Source: Thermoplasmata archaeon (lineage in GTDB: Archaea; Thermoplasmatota; Thermoplasmata; Lutacidiplasmatales; UBA184). From it: a DNA stretch of 64,000 nt. The position numbers and the translations under genes were made by a program. Within the stretch, counting starts at the first letter, position 1. Every line of letters starts with the position of its first letter. A model generated the notes under the pieces. It saw only the letters and a list, made by a program, of their open reading frames with translations. It ran no database searches and was not told the DNA's origin. Of the stretch, positions 18,940 to 28,833 are shown one piece after another. The stretch lies in NCBI GenBank assembly GCA_022749995.1, contig JAKIWO010000002.1:42033-106032 (forward strand). The letters run 5' to 3'.

Positions 18940-19800
18940 GTGAGTGCCCAGGCCCCCAGCACACCCCCTACCGCTCCGTCGGCCGGGCCTCGTCGCGCTG
19001 CGCCCGGTTCGGTGCTGCAGCGGATGGAGAAGGGGGCCATCCGACATGTGGTAGCCGTCGGCAGCGGCAAGGGCGGGGTGGGAAAATCCTCGGTCACCAC
19101 GCTGCTCGCGGGGGAGCTCCTGCGGCGGGGGAATTCCGTCGGGATCCTCGACGCGGATGTCGGTGGCTCGTCCGTGCCCAAGCTCGTAGGGGCGAAAGGC
19201 CCCCTGCTCGACAAAGGCGAGGGGATCGAACCGGCGGTGACGCCGGAGGGATTGCGGCTCGTCGCCTCTCAGTTCTTGGTCGAACAGGAGGAGACGCCGG
19301 TCGTCTGGCGGGGTCCGCTGGTCACCCGGCTCATCCTGCAGTTCTTCGGGGGGGTGAACTGGGGTCCGCTCGACTACCTGCTGGTCGATATGGCGCCGGG
19401 CACGAGCGACGTCCCGCTCACCATCTTCCAGACACTGCCGCTCGACGGGATGCTCTTCATCGTGAGCCCGCAGGAGCTCGCGACGCTGATCGTGAAGAAG
19501 GCGATGAACATGGCCCGCGACCTGCACGTGCCGCTCCTGGGGTTGGTGGAGAATCTGGCCTACCTGACCTGCCCGCACTGCGGGGAACGGATCGAGCCGT
19601 TCGGTCCCGGTCGGGGCCGGGCCCTGGCCGACGAGTACGGCATCCCGATGGTCGCCCAACTACCCATCGATCCCGGGGTCTCTTCCCGAGGCGACCTCGG
19701 CTCGCTCCTCGGCTACAGCTCACCCGCGATCACCCAGCTCGGGGACGGATTCCTCGCCGCGCTCCGTGACGCCAAGAAGCGCGAGCTTACGGTACTGTAG
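18940..19800 (+). CDS. Mrp/ApbC/NBP35 Fe-S cluster carrier ATPase
   Basis: GSGKGGVGKS, WRGP, DMAPGTSD, GLVEN, CPHC. Confidence 0.93.
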   Translation: MSAQAPSTPPTAPSAGPRRAAPGSVLQRMEKGAIRHVVAVGSGKGGVGKSSVTTLLAGELLRRGNSVGILDADVGGSSVPKLVGAKGPLLDKGEGIEPAVTPEGLRLVASQFLVEQEETPVVWRGPLVTRLILQFFGGVNWGPLDYLLVDMAPGTSDVPLTIFQTLPLDGMLFIVSPQELATLIVKKAMNMARDLHVPLLGLVENLAYLTCPHCGERIEPFGPGRGRALADEYGIPMVAQLPIDPGVSSRGDLGSLLGYSSPAITQLGDGFLAALRDAKKRELTVL

Positions 19801-20482
19801 CGGCTCCCAACGCGGAGAACGGAACCTGCTCTACCCGGACGCCCCGACGCTGGAGCGCCTGCGTTAGCCCGGGAAGGTGGGCGTCGCCCACCACGACCGC
19901 CAGGCGCCGGAGGCCGCGGCGTTGCCCTTCGAGCAATCGGTCGGCCATGTGCTCGTTCCGGTCATCGAGCAGCACCCGCGTCACGCCCGGCATGACCCGC
20001 CGCAGCTCCTCGAGGTAGTTGCTCGGCTGCTGCCGGTAGGCTTCGAGCTGGTCGTGGACGAGCGAGCCCGGGAGGAAGAGGCCGACCACCGCGCCCGCGA
20101 GGAGCGTGACTCGTTCCTTCACCGAGAGGGAGCGGAGGAGGCGGGCGAGCGTATCCCGGATCGGGTCGTCGACGAGGAGGAGCGGGAGCTGGCGCTCCAT
20201 GGCGATCAGCGCCGCGGCCTTCATTTCTGCTCCCGCGCCGGCCCCGAGCTCGTCGCCGAGCCGCTGTTGCATCGCCGCCCAGAGCCGAAGAAGGATCGGG
20301 GATGGACCCCGGCGATCCTCGGTGCCCGTCGGGGCCATCAGCGCCCGATACCGGTCCGCATCCAGCTCGATCGCGATCCCGTCGAGCGGCCGGGGACCGA
20401 GCAGCCGCCGCAGCGGCGCACCCAGGTCGACGACGTGGGCCACGCCCACGACGAGGACCGAGCCTTCCACCTCCGCCGCCAC
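19787..20482 (-). CDS. TraB/PrgY-domain protein
   Basis: VGVAHV, IELDADR, GAEMKAA, LLDDRNEHMA, VVGDAHLPG; start taken as GTG 20482. Confidence 0.85.
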   Translation of the reverse strand: MAAEVEGSVLVVGVAHVVDLGAPLRRLLGPRPLDGIAIELDADRYRALMAPTGTEDRRGPSPILLRLWAAMQQRLGDELGAGAGAEMKAAALIAMERQLPLLLVDDPIRDTLARLLRSLSVKERVTLLAGAVVGLFLPGSLVHDQLEAYRQQPSNYLEELRRVMPGVTRVLLDDRNEHMADRLLEGQRRGLRRLAVVVGDAHLPGLTQALQRRGVRVEQVPFSALGAATVP

Positions 20483-20563
20483 GACCCCGGAAAGGGCGCG
20501 GCGATTAAGGGCGCCGCTCCGACCGCACAACCGCCAAATACCGAGGCTGGGTCGGCGCCGCCG

Positions 20564-20863
20564 ATGGCCTGGACGATCTTCACGGTGCTCTCGGCCCAGC
20601 GCACGGAACTCGACGCCGCCCTCCGTGACGACGTGGTCGGACGGCAGAGCCAGACGGTGCGGGAGGCGAGCACGCTGGGCGGGCCGGCCGGAACGCTCTA
20701 CGTGTTCATCGAGGGCGCGCCGGAACCGGTGGCCCGCGCCGAGACCTTGCTCGCGCCGCTCGGCAAGAAGCTGCCGGCGGCCGAAGGGGAGGCGCTCTAC
20801 GCCCGGTTCAAGGCGGAGGAAGAATCCGCCAGCGCGGGCATGGGCCTCTTCTTCACCGAATGA
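20564..20863 (+). CDS. Small hypothetical protein (99 aa)
   Basis: ATG 20564: MAWTIFTV...DDVVGRQS...EEESASAGMGLFFTE; globular composition; divergent from the TraB gene. Confidence 0.75.
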   Translation: MAWTIFTVLSAQRTELDAALRDDVVGRQSQTVREASTLGGPAGTLYVFIEGAPEPVARAETLLAPLGKKLPAAEGEALYARFKAEEESASAGMGLFFTE

Positions 20864-20865
20864 GC

Positions 20866-21663
20866 TCAATCGGGCTCGAGCGGGGCGTGGGAGGGCTCCA
20901 AGTCCTCTCCCGCCCCGAAGGTCTGTTGCAACCGCTGGTACATCGCCTCGAGGCCCGTGCGCTCGGTCGCGGAGGTCGCGAGCAACGTCGCGAGCGGCGC
21001 GAGCGATTCGATGGCGCGATACATCTCGGCCGAGAGCTGCACATCGGGAGTAGGAGCCTCGGTCGTGACCGCGTCTCCGAGCCGACCGGGTTCCTCGGCC
21101 CAGCCGAGGATCTCCTGCACCCGGTCGGCCGGCAGGAGGTCGGTCTTCGTCAGCAGATTCAGCGTCGGCAGCCGGAACCGGAACTCGACGGTCGCCGAGA
21201 GCATGAGGAGCGAGACGAACCCCGAGGGGCTCTTGGCCAGCGTCGGGTCGAACAGGAAGGCGATCGCGCTACGGTCCCCGCTGAGCGCATCGACGATCGC
21301 CCGGGAGGACTCGCGGAAGGCGAAGAGCTCGACCTGCCCCGGCGTGTCCACCAGGATGTAGTCGGTGCGCAGCTCCTCGAGCGCCTGCTTGACCTCGAAG
21401 ATCTTGAGTGCGATCAGGTCGGCCGCGGCCACCTGGGCCCCGTTCGGACCTAGGGCGTATTCGTCCATCACGTCCGACAGGCGCACCCACTCCCGGATGT
21501 CGATGTCCGCCGTAGTGTCCCGGCTCTCGCTCCCGGGATCCAGGTTCACGACGACCGCGTCGTACCCGGCGGTCTTGAGCCACTCGCCGAACGCCCGGAC
21601 GATCGTGGTCTTGCCGGCGCCGGCGGTGCCGGTGAAGTAGACCGTCGCTGGCTCCTCGGCCAT
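20866..21663 (-). CDS. GPN-loop GTPase
   Basis: GTAGAGKT, NLDPG, LGPNGA, DTPGQ.ELF, TKTD. Confidence 0.95.
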   Translation of the reverse strand: MAEEPATVYFTGTAGAGKTTIVRAFGEWLKTAGYDAVVVNLDPGSESRDTTADIDIREWVRLSDVMDEYALGPNGAQVAAADLIALKIFEVKQALEELRTDYILVDTPGQVELFAFRESSRAIVDALSGDRSAIAFLFDPTLAKSPSGFVSLLMLSATVEFRFRLPTLNLLTKTDLLPADRVQEILGWAEEPGRLGDAVTTEAPTPDVQLSAEMYRAIESLAPLATLLATSATERTGLEAMYQRLQQTFGAGEDLEPSHAPLEPD

Positions 21664-21959
21664 CAGGCCTTCCCCTTCCGTGGCGGGAGGTCGCGCAGCG
21701 CCGTGGCGAGTTGCCGCAGGAAGGCGGCCTTCGTGGTTCCCGGCTTCTTTTGGACGCGCAGTCGTCCCGCCGAGAGCGGGTCGCGGGGGTAGGCCTTCTC
21801 CGGCTCGGCTTCGGCCTGGAAGCCCAATCGGCGCGTTGACTCGAGCAGTTGCTCGAGCGTCACCTCGTTCGCAGCCAGGAGTTGGGGCACCCGACGCCCG
21901 TGCGCGCGCGTGCCGTGGCGCCCGAGGTAGGCAGGGTACACGAAGAAGTGGTCGGGCAT
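21663..21959 (-). CDS. srp19: Signal recognition particle protein SRP19
   Basis: VYPAYL, GRRVP, KAYPR; downstream of S8e. Confidence 0.9.
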   Translation of the reverse strand: MPDHFFVYPAYLGRHGTRAHGRRVPQLLAANEVTLEQLLESTRRLGFQAEAEPEKAYPRDPLSAGRLRVQKKPGTTKAAFLRQLATALRDLPPRKGKA

Positions 21960-21972
21960 CCCCGACGTCCGC

Positions 21973-22368
21973 CTACGTACCAGAGCTCTGGGCGACGCGG
22001 ACGGCGTTGAGCACGCCGTCTTGCCCAGGACGCGATCGGACCTGGACGAGCCCGAGGTCGGTCTCGAGCAGGGCGCCCCGGGTGATGATGTTCCGCTGCA
22101 CGTAATTGGGGTTCGCGGGATTCTCGCGGACCGTGACGATCTTCGCCACCTGCATCTTGCCCGTGGCGGGGTCGAACACATTGACGCTCGAGGTCGTGAG
22201 GATGCGCATCTTGCGACTGCCGCCCCGGCCGCGGTACGGCTTGACGTGTTCGGGCCCGACCGTCGCGTGCTGAACCTCGGGGGCGATCTCGAACCGGCGC
22301 TTGTGGCGCACGGGTCGGAGCCGGCCACCGCTCGGGCTGCGCCGCGACCGACCTTGCCAGATTCCCAT
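21973..22368 (-). CDS. rps8e: 30S ribosomal protein S8e
   Basis: MGIWQGRSRRSPSGGR, RGRGG, NPANPNYVQRNIITRG, SRPGQDGVLNA. Confidence 0.96.
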   Translation of the reverse strand: MGIWQGRSRRSPSGGRLRPVRHKRRFEIAPEVQHATVGPEHVKPYRGRGGSRKMRILTTSSVNVFDPATGKMQVAKIVTVRENPANPNYVQRNIITRGALLETDLGLVQVRSRPGQDGVLNAVRVAQSSGT

Positions 22369-22493
22369 CGAGTACCTCGGGAGGCGGCCGAGCGGAGGGT
22401 CGCTATTTGAGGTTTCGTGGAGCGGTGGCTCTCGAGGGGCCACGGGGTCGACTCCGTCCGGGCCGTTATCACCGACATTGACCGTCCGGTCCT

Positions 22494-23192
22494 GTGCTGC
22501 CCCCCACGCACCGGGAGCGCCGGCGCGCCGGCGGGGCACGGACCGTCCTCGGCTTGGACGAAGCCGGCCGAGGCAGTGTGCTCGGACCGCTGGTCATCGG
22601 CGGCCTCCTCGTCGCGGAGGATCGGCTCGCCGAGCTCCGCCCGATGGGAGTGCGGGACTCGAAGCGGCTCACTCCCCGGCGACGCGCCGAGCTGTTCGAC
22701 CGGATCGCCGAGGTGGGCGAGCGCGCCAGCGTCCGTTTCGAGCCGGGCGAGATCGATGCCGCGGTACGCCACCACCGCCTCAATCACCTGGAGGCTCTAG
22801 GGTTCGCGGCGCTCGTGCGGCGGATGGCTCCGGATCGGGTCGTGGTCGACGCGTGCGATCCGGTCGCCGCCCGCTTCGGCCGCCACGTGCAGCGGCTCTC
22901 CGGCGGGAGGGTGCCCGTGGAGGCGCGCCACCACGCCGACGCGCAAGAGCCGGTCGTGGGAGCCGCTTCGATCGTGGCCAAGGTGCTGCGCGACCGCGCG
23001 ATGCTCTCGCTCTCCGAAGAACTAGGCTACGCGTTGGGGTCGGGCTACCCGTCGGATCCGCGCACGATCGAGGTGCTGCGGGCCGCGCTCGCGGCCGAGG
23101 GACGGCCCTCCTGGGTCCGACACTCCTGGCGTACAGCGGAAAGGGTTAAGGCGGGCCCCTGGGTCGAAACGCTGGAAACGTACGCGCCATGA
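22494..23192 (+). CDS. rnhB: Ribonuclease HII
   Basis: GLDEAGRGSVLGP, VRDSKRL, VDA, AASIVAKV, GSGYPSD. Confidence 0.95.
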   Translation: MLPPTHRERRRAGGARTVLGLDEAGRGSVLGPLVIGGLLVAEDRLAELRPMGVRDSKRLTPRRRAELFDRIAEVGERASVRFEPGEIDAAVRHHRLNHLEALGFAALVRRMAPDRVVVDACDPVAARFGRHVQRLSGGRVPVEARHHADAQEPVVGAASIVAKVLRDRAMLSLSEELGYALGSGYPSDPRTIEVLRAALAAEGRPSWVRHSWRTAERVKAGPWVETLETYAP

Positions 23193-23524
23193 TCGAGGAG
23201 GCGTTGGCCGGGCTCGTGGAGCGGTTCAACCGCCACGCCGACCACAACCCCGGCGTGCGGGCCGAGCTCGTGGGGATCAGCCGGACCATCGCGATCCGGC
23301 TGACCGACGAGCGTCAGTACGCCGTCGACCTCAAGGAGGGCCGACTGAGCGGACTGCGCAGCGGGGCGGCCGACAAGGCCGACCTGACCATCGTCACCGA
23401 CTCGGTCACCTTCCTCGGACTGCTCCGCCGTGAGATCGGACCGATGCGCGCGCTCGCGACCCGCAAGCTCTCGATCACCGGCTCGATCGAAGACAAGCTG
23501 CTGCTGCGCCGCCTGCTGGCGTAG
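23189..23524 (+). CDS. SCP2 sterol-binding domain protein
   Basis: ADLTI..D, IGPMRALATRKLSITGS; overlaps the rnhB stop (ATGA). Confidence 0.85.
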   Translation: MIEEALAGLVERFNRHADHNPGVRAELVGISRTIAIRLTDERQYAVDLKEGRLSGLRSGAADKADLTIVTDSVTFLGLLRREIGPMRALATRKLSITGSIEDKLLLRRLLA

Positions 23525-23533
23525 CGCGCGGGC

Positions 23534-24031
23534 CTACGGAAGGAACACGCAGGCGGCGATGCACACGCCGTAGTGGTCCATCGGGATCACGAGCTCTTCG
23601 GTCCGGTAATGGATGCGCCGCAGCTCCACTCCGCGGAAGTGCGCGATCTCCTCCATGCGCCACTTGAGGAACTCCTTGAGCGACTTCTGGGTCCCGTGCA
23701 GGTGGCCCTCGGCGACGTACCCGCCCTGACCATCCGTCCGGAAGCCGTACGCGATCCCGGAGGAGATCACTTCCCCCTCGCCCCCGCCGTAGCGCGCGAG
23801 CACGCAATGCGTGATCGCTCCGCGGCGCAGCGGGGCTCGGTCCATCTGACGGATCCCGACGGGGAGCACGGAGGAGACCGAGACCAGGTTCTGTTCCCCG
23901 ATGCCGGCCTGGAGCAGCGCCAGGTCGAAGGCGTTGAGCTCGCTGGTCTTGTTGATCCCCTTCCCGCTCGTGACAAAGAAGCGGGTCGGCACGGGGATGA
24001 GCGTGTCCTGGCGCACGTCGCGGGTAGGCAC
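23534..24031 (-). CDS. pdaD: Pyruvoyl-dependent arginine decarboxylase
   Basis: LNAFDLALLQAGI..QNLVSVSSVLP (Ser-Ser cleavage site), GYVAE. Confidence 0.92.
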   Translation of the reverse strand: MPTRDVRQDTLIPVPTRFFVTSGKGINKTSELNAFDLALLQAGIGEQNLVSVSSVLPVGIRQMDRAPLRRGAITHCVLARYGGGEGEVISSGIAYGFRTDGQGGYVAEGHLHGTQKSLKEFLKWRMEEIAHFRGVELRRIHYRTEELVIPMDHYGVCIAACVFLP

Positions 24032-24122
24032 GGCCGACGGGGAGCGCTCCGGGCCCTTAAACTTTGGTTTTCTCCGAGGAGCGCCGGCCCCCCGGGCGGT
24101 GGCGCGGCGGCGCCGGAGAGCG

Positions 24123-24761
24123 CTAGACCATGATCGCGTGGCGGCGCCGCATCGATTCTTCCGTCTCCCCGCGAGCGCGCATCATTTCTGCGATCAACCC
24201 GTCGAGGAACTGGAAGGCGGTCGCCTCGAACAGGGTGCCGAGCGGGGCGAGCGTGGGACGCTCGGGCTCCTCGGGGAAGTGGAACGTCACCAGGAGCGAT
24301 GCGGCGTGCGCGATCTTCGAGCTGGGCCGCGCGGTGAGCACGAGCAGCTCCGCGCCCTCTCGGCGCACGATGTTCGCCGTCTGCATCGAGGAGTAGCTCT
24401 CGCCGGCCCCGCTCAGGATGACGACCGTGTCCCCGGCGCGCACGATCGGCGTGACCGATTCCCCGATCACGTACGCGCTCCGGCCGATCTGCACGAGGCG
24501 CATCGCGAACCCGCGACCGATGATGCCGCTGCGGCCGGCGCCGTAGACGAAGACCGACGGAGCTCGCAGCAGCCGCTCCACGGCCGTACTCACCACCGAC
24601 GGCGCGATCTGCGCTAGCGCTTCGGCGCTGCGGCGTCGCACGTACTCCGTGGCGCGCGGGAAGCGGGCGTCCTCAGCGGGAGGATCGGCTGCCGTGGGAC
24701 CTCCGTCGGGGCGCCGGACGCGCGCGCGGCTTGGGCGGTGCGAGGCGGCTGCGGGCTCCAC
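24123..24761 (-). CDS. hxlB: SIS-domain 6-phospho-3-hexuloisomerase-like protein
   Basis: YGAGRSG, FAMRLVQIG, GESVTP, SGAGES, APLGTLFE, MRRRHA; start uncertain. Confidence 0.85.
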   Translation of the reverse strand: MEPAAASHRPSRARVRRPDGGPTAADPPAEDARFPRATEYVRRRSAEALAQIAPSVVSTAVERLLRAPSVFVYGAGRSGIIGRGFAMRLVQIGRSAYVIGESVTPIVRAGDTVVILSGAGESYSSMQTANIVRREGAELLVLTARPSSKIAHAASLLVTFHFPEEPERPTLAPLGTLFEATAFQFLDGLIAEMMRARGETEESMRRRHAIMV

Positions 24762-25842
24762 TCGCGGGCAACGAGCCGGAGCGACGGGCCGGGGGAGCCG
24801 GAGCCACCGCCGTAGGTGGCCGGCTCGCGGCTTGGTGGCGCTTGGCCCAACGTCGGGTGAGCGCCCGCTCGTACAGGAGTTTCATGTACATTGCGTCGTG
24901 CTCGAGCAGCGGCGAGCTCGAGATCACCGTGACATCGTAGTCCCGGTCGGAGAGTGCCTCGGCGAGAGGATCAAATCGGAGCTCGCCTCGCTTGATCGGA
25001 GTGAGGCGGAACTCCCCGGTGCCGTACAGGTCCGCGCCGGAAAAGTTGAGGTAGAGGGCTCCGCCGCTCGCGTCGACGAACTCCGTGAGGAGCGGCTCGA
25101 GGGCGCCGGGCTCATCGAAGGTCCGCCGTTCGCGCGCCGCCAGGTGGGGCAGGTTCAGGACCGGCACGATCCCCTTGACGGTGCGGGCCAGTTCGAGGAC
25201 CTCCTCGCGCGAGCCGAAGACGTCGGGGTGGCCGCTCGGCTCGATGCCGAGCCGCACCGAGCCCTTCGTCGTCCGCTCGAGCCAACGGGTCAGGTCGCGC
25301 GCGATGCCCGTGAGTTCGGCGACGGAGGCCTCTCGGTCGCCCGTGCCGTAGAAGCCGAGATGGGTGACGGCCAAGCGGGCGCCGAGTCCGCTGGCGAGCA
25401 CACCGGACCACTGGATCTGGCGGATGCTCCGGTCGCGCGACTCCTCGCTGCCGAAGAAGTCGACGTAGTACGGGGCGTGGAGCGTCAGATCGACATCGAG
25501 CGACTTGGCGAGCGCGCGGGTCAGGGCGAGGTCGGCCGCATCCTTGGCGAGCGACCACGTGAGCGCGGTCAGGTTGCCGCGGCGCTTGAGCGGATGCTCG
25601 AGCGCGCCGGCTTCGCTGAGCTCACCGCTCTTTCCGGAGGCGACCTCCACGATGAGTTGGAGGGGAAGATCCTTCGGTAGCTGGCCGACCTCTTCGTCGA
25701 GGACCATCCGCACGAGCGGGTTCACTTTGATGAACTGCACCTCGAGCGCGGTCAGACCCAGATGGTGGACATCGGCGATCCCATCCCGCAGTGTCCGCCC
25801 TTTGCAGGAGAGCGGGATACCTGCTGGACCAAACCGAATCAC
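24673..25842 (-). CDS. Endonuclease IV-like TIM-barrel protein (divergent)
   Basis: IRFGPAGIP, LEVQF, HAPYY, SPLLEHDA; several metal ligands substituted; start taken as GTG 25842. Confidence 0.85.
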   Translation of the reverse strand: MIRFGPAGIPLSCKGRTLRDGIADVHHLGLTALEVQFIKVNPLVRMVLDEEVGQLPKDLPLQLIVEVASGKSGELSEAGALEHPLKRRGNLTALTWSLAKDAADLALTRALAKSLDVDLTLHAPYYVDFFGSEESRDRSIRQIQWSGVLASGLGARLAVTHLGFYGTGDREASVAELTGIARDLTRWLERTTKGSVRLGIEPSGHPDVFGSREEVLELARTVKGIVPVLNLPHLAARERRTFDEPGALEPLLTEFVDASGGALYLNFSGADLYGTGEFRLTPIKRGELRFDPLAEALSDRDYDVTVISSSPLLEHDAMYMKLLYERALTRRWAKRHQAASRPPTAVAPAPPARRSGSLPASGARSRLAPPKPRARPAPRRRSHGSRSSR

Positions 25843-25886
25843 AAAACCGACCCTCAGGAACGGCGGACGGGGGCTATCGTACGGGT

Positions 25887-26552
25887 CTATATATGGGGTG
25901 ACCCGGCGACGGTGAGCGGCACGAATTGACAGGCCGGTCCGGACTCGTACCGGTCCCCTTCCGGCCCGGCGCGTACCGTGAGCAACCGTTGCACGCCCGG
26001 CGGGCCGAGCGGCAGCACGAGGCGGCCCCCTTCGCGCAGTTGTGCTCGCCACTGCGGCTGCAGGCGCGCGGTCGCGGCAGAGACCACGATCCGGTCGTAC
26101 GGTGCGCCCGACGGCCAGCCCAGCCAGCCGTCCGCCTCCTCGATCTTCACCCGAGCACCGAAGCCTAGGTCGGCGAGCACCCGACGGGAGCGCTCGACCA
26201 GGGAGGCCTCGTGCTCGAGCCCCACCAGGCGGCCGCTCGGGCCGATGATCTCCGCCGCCAGCGCGAGCAGGTAGCCCGAGCCGCTGCCCACCTCGAGCAG
26301 GGAGACCCCAGCGCGGAGGTCGAGGGCGGCGAGTTGCAGTGCGACCATGTGCGGCGCGGAGACGGTCGAGCCGGAGGGGCCCAGCGGGACCGGCTCGTCG
26401 AAGTAGGCGTGCGCACTCTCCGAGGCCGGTACGAAGCGATGGCGCGGCATGCGCCGCATCGCCCCGGCGATCCGGGGATCGAGCGTGCCCAGCGCACGCA
26501 CCATCTGTTCCCGGTCACGGACGGTCTGCTCGGTGTCCCAGGGACCGATCAC
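25887..26552 (-). CDS. pcm: Protein-L-isoaspartate O-methyltransferase
   Basis: PRHRFVP, AYFD, TVSAPHMV, LEVGSGSGY, APYDRIVVSAA, QLREGGRL, FVPL. Confidence 0.93.
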   Translation of the reverse strand: MIGPWDTEQTVRDREQMVRALGTLDPRIAGAMRRMPRHRFVPASESAHAYFDEPVPLGPSGSTVSAPHMVALQLAALDLRAGVSLLEVGSGSGYLLALAAEIIGPSGRLVGLEHEASLVERSRRVLADLGFGARVKIEEADGWLGWPSGAPYDRIVVSAATARLQPQWRAQLREGGRLVLPLGPPGVQRLLTVRAGPEGDRYESGPACQFVPLTVAGSPHI

Positions 26553-27157
26553 GGCGTGGTCCGTGGCGGCCGGAATCCAAGACACAGCAGATAGAGCTCG
26601 GAGGAGCGCTCGCGGGAGGCGGCCGGCTTGGTCCGGTGGAGGCTCGCAAAGTGGCGCTTCAGTTCGCGCTCGAGGGGGCGGCGGAGGTCGCCGTCGAACA
26701 CTTTCGCGACGAAGTGACCGCCGGGCTGGAGCAGCGGCCGGGCGAGAGCGAACGCGGTGCGCACGAGGTCCACGCTGCGCGCATGGTCGGTAGAGTACGC
26801 TCCCGAGATGCGAGGGGAGAGGTCGGAGAGCACGACCTCGAACGAGCACCCGGCGAGGCGCGCTCGCAGCTCCTCCGAGCCGACCCGGCCCCGGATCGAC
26901 TCCACTCCTTCGATCGGGTCGGTGCGGCGCTCGTCCACGGCCAGGACGGCCCCCTCGGGGCCCACCGCGTCGGCCGCCACGACGCTCCAGCCTCCCGGCG
27001 CGGCGCCCAGGTCCAGGACGCGATCGCCCGGGTGGAGCAGGCGGAACTCGTCGTTCAGCTCGGCGAGCTTGAAGGCCGCACGGGAGTGCAGCCCCTCCTC
27101 CTGCGCTGCCCGGTAGTACGGGTCACGGCGGCGCTCGGCCAGGAATCGGCGCCCCAC
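26549..27157 (-). CDS. rlmE: 23S rRNA 2'-O-methyltransferase RlmE/RrmJ
   Basis: SRAAFKL, LDLGAAPGGWS, SDLSP, FVAKVF, KPAASR..SSELY (K-D-K-E tetrad). Confidence 0.94.
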   Translation of the reverse strand: MGRRFLAERRRDPYYRAAQEEGLHSRAAFKLAELNDEFRLLHPGDRVLDLGAAPGGWSVVAADAVGPEGAVLAVDERRTDPIEGVESIRGRVGSEELRARLAGCSFEVVLSDLSPRISGAYSTDHARSVDLVRTAFALARPLLQPGGHFVAKVFDGDLRRPLERELKRHFASLHRTKPAASRERSSELYLLCLGFRPPRTTP

Positions 27158-27304
27158 GACCGTCGAACGGGAGGGCGGCTTTAGGAGTGGCGCCGCGGTT
27201 CGTTGGTCCCTCGCTCACGCAGGCTACCCGCGGCCCTTCCTCGGAGGGCACCGCAACCGCCATCTGCCGTCCGTCAAATTCCGCGGTGCGCGCCGGGGTG
27301 AGGG

Positions 27305-27844
27305 ATGACAGGATTCGATGTCGCGACCTGGACGGCGCTCGGTACGTGGGTGCTGGTCATCGGCACGCTGATCATGATGTACTGGCAGACCCGCTGGCAA
27401 CTGCGTCTCAACTCGGCCAATGCGCTCCTCGTGCTGAGGGAGCGGTACGACACGCCGGCGATGCGTCGGGCCCGGGGCAAGTTCGCGCAGCATCTGCTCT
27501 CCCCCGGAGGGGATCCGCCGCTATTGGACGTTCCCCGGTTCTTCGAGCTGATCGGATCTCTGACGCACCAGCGGGCGCTCGAGGAGCGGATGGTCTGGAG
27601 CGCCTTCGGGGGCTACGTCACGGCGTACTACCACCGGATGGTCAAGCCGATCGACTACATCGGCACCTGGCGCAAGGAGTGGCAGGACCCGCTGATCTTC
27701 CGCGAGTTCGAGTGGCTTCACTCGCGCGTGGAACGGATCGACCGGCAGAAGCTCGGTGCGCGGTACGTTGCGACCATGGACAACTCGGAGGAGGCCGTCC
27801 GCATCCTCCAGGCCGAGGTCCGCCACCAGGAACCGGTCGTCTAG
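27305..27844 (+). CDS. Membrane-anchored hypothetical protein (DUF4760-like)
   Basis: N-terminal TM helix then helical domain with FFELIG and FEWL motifs. Confidence 0.7.
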   Translation: MTGFDVATWTALGTWVLVIGTLIMMYWQTRWQLRLNSANALLVLRERYDTPAMRRARGKFAQHLLSPGGDPPLLDVPRFFELIGSLTHQRALEERMVWSAFGGYVTAYYHRMVKPIDYIGTWRKEWQDPLIFREFEWLHSRVERIDRQKLGARYVATMDNSEEAVRILQAEVRHQEPVV

Positions 27845-28821
27845 ACGGGCCATGCGGCCCGCACTCGACGCCCCCACTCTAGGAGTCGCGCCCCGATCGG
27901 ACGGTGGAACACGGCCCAGACCCAGGTCGGGTAGAGCCAATAGTTGCGTTTGAGCAGCAGGAAGCCGGCGCTCGCCGGGCTGCAGCCGCCGGAGGGGTTT
28001 CCCATCAGTACCCGGCAGTAGACGGCACCGGCGTTGACGAACAGGAACGGCGCAAGGAACAGCACGCTCAGCGCGACGGCGAGCAGTGCCCGCCACCATT
28101 CGCGACGCAGCAGATGGTAGCCCACGACGACGACATTCGCGAACTGCTTGAGGGCGAGCGCCACCGCCTCCGCCCAGGCCGAACCCCTCCCCCGCGGAGG
28201 CGCGAGCGCGAGGCTGAGCGCGAAGAGCGGTACGAAATCGTTCTGGCCGTTCGCTGCCAGCAGCGCGATCCAGGGCATCGCGAGGGCGCTCGCCGCGTAG
28301 GGTTCGCGACGCAACCACAGCACCGATCCGAGCCACGCTGCGACGCAGATCCAGCGGTAGTCGAGGCCGGGTACCGTGAGATAGGTGAGCAGTGGGAGGT
28401 AGACGTAGTAGGTGAATTCGTGATGCGCCACGCCGTAGTTGGAGTAGTCGAAGGAGACCGGTTGCGTGTACAACGCCAGGCCGGCGTGGGCGAAGGCGGG
28501 CGTCGCGTACGCCTCATCCGAGAGCCCGTTCAGCGCGCCGGTCAGCACCGACGCGAGGGCGATCGCGAGCGCGCCCCCGACCAGCGCGGGGAGCACCCAC
28601 CGATGGCTTCGCGACGCCCGTTCTAGCCGCGGGGCGAGACAGACGGTGAGCAGCACCGTCGGAAGGATCGCCGCGACCCCGAGCCGAAAGACGGTGGCGA
28701 GCAGCAGCGGCACCGTCGCGAACGATGCGAGGAGCAGCAGCACCGCGCTCAGGGACGAATCGCTCGCCGGCGGGGAGGTGCGTGCTGCCGGCTCCGGTCC
28801 CGGCCCTATCGCTACCGGCAT
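27841..28821 (-). CDS. Polytopic membrane protein, GT-C (GT87-like) glycosyltransferase candidate
   Basis: Many TM helices; SDE in first loop, YVYLP, NGQND, LKQF motifs. Confidence 0.6.
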   Translation of the reverse strand: MPVAIGPGPEPAARTSPPASDSSLSAVLLLLASFATVPLLLATVFRLGVAAILPTVLLTVCLAPRLERASRSHRWVLPALVGGALAIALASVLTGALNGLSDEAYATPAFAHAGLALYTQPVSFDYSNYGVAHHEFTYYVYLPLLTYLTVPGLDYRWICVAAWLGSVLWLRREPYAASALAMPWIALLAANGQNDFVPLFALSLALAPPRGRGSAWAEAVALALKQFANVVVVGYHLLRREWWRALLAVALSVLFLAPFLFVNAGAVYCRVLMGNPSGGCSPASAGFLLLKRNYWLYPTWVWAVFHRPIGARLLEWGRRVRAAWPV

Positions 28822-28833
28822 CCGCGCTTAGGG

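Noticed and set aside
18131..19800. MoaD-MoaE-Mrp as a novel ubiquitin-like conjugation system
   Set aside because: Adequately explained by standard molybdopterin synthase genes plus an Fe-S carrier; no E1, E2 or JAB genes adjacent.
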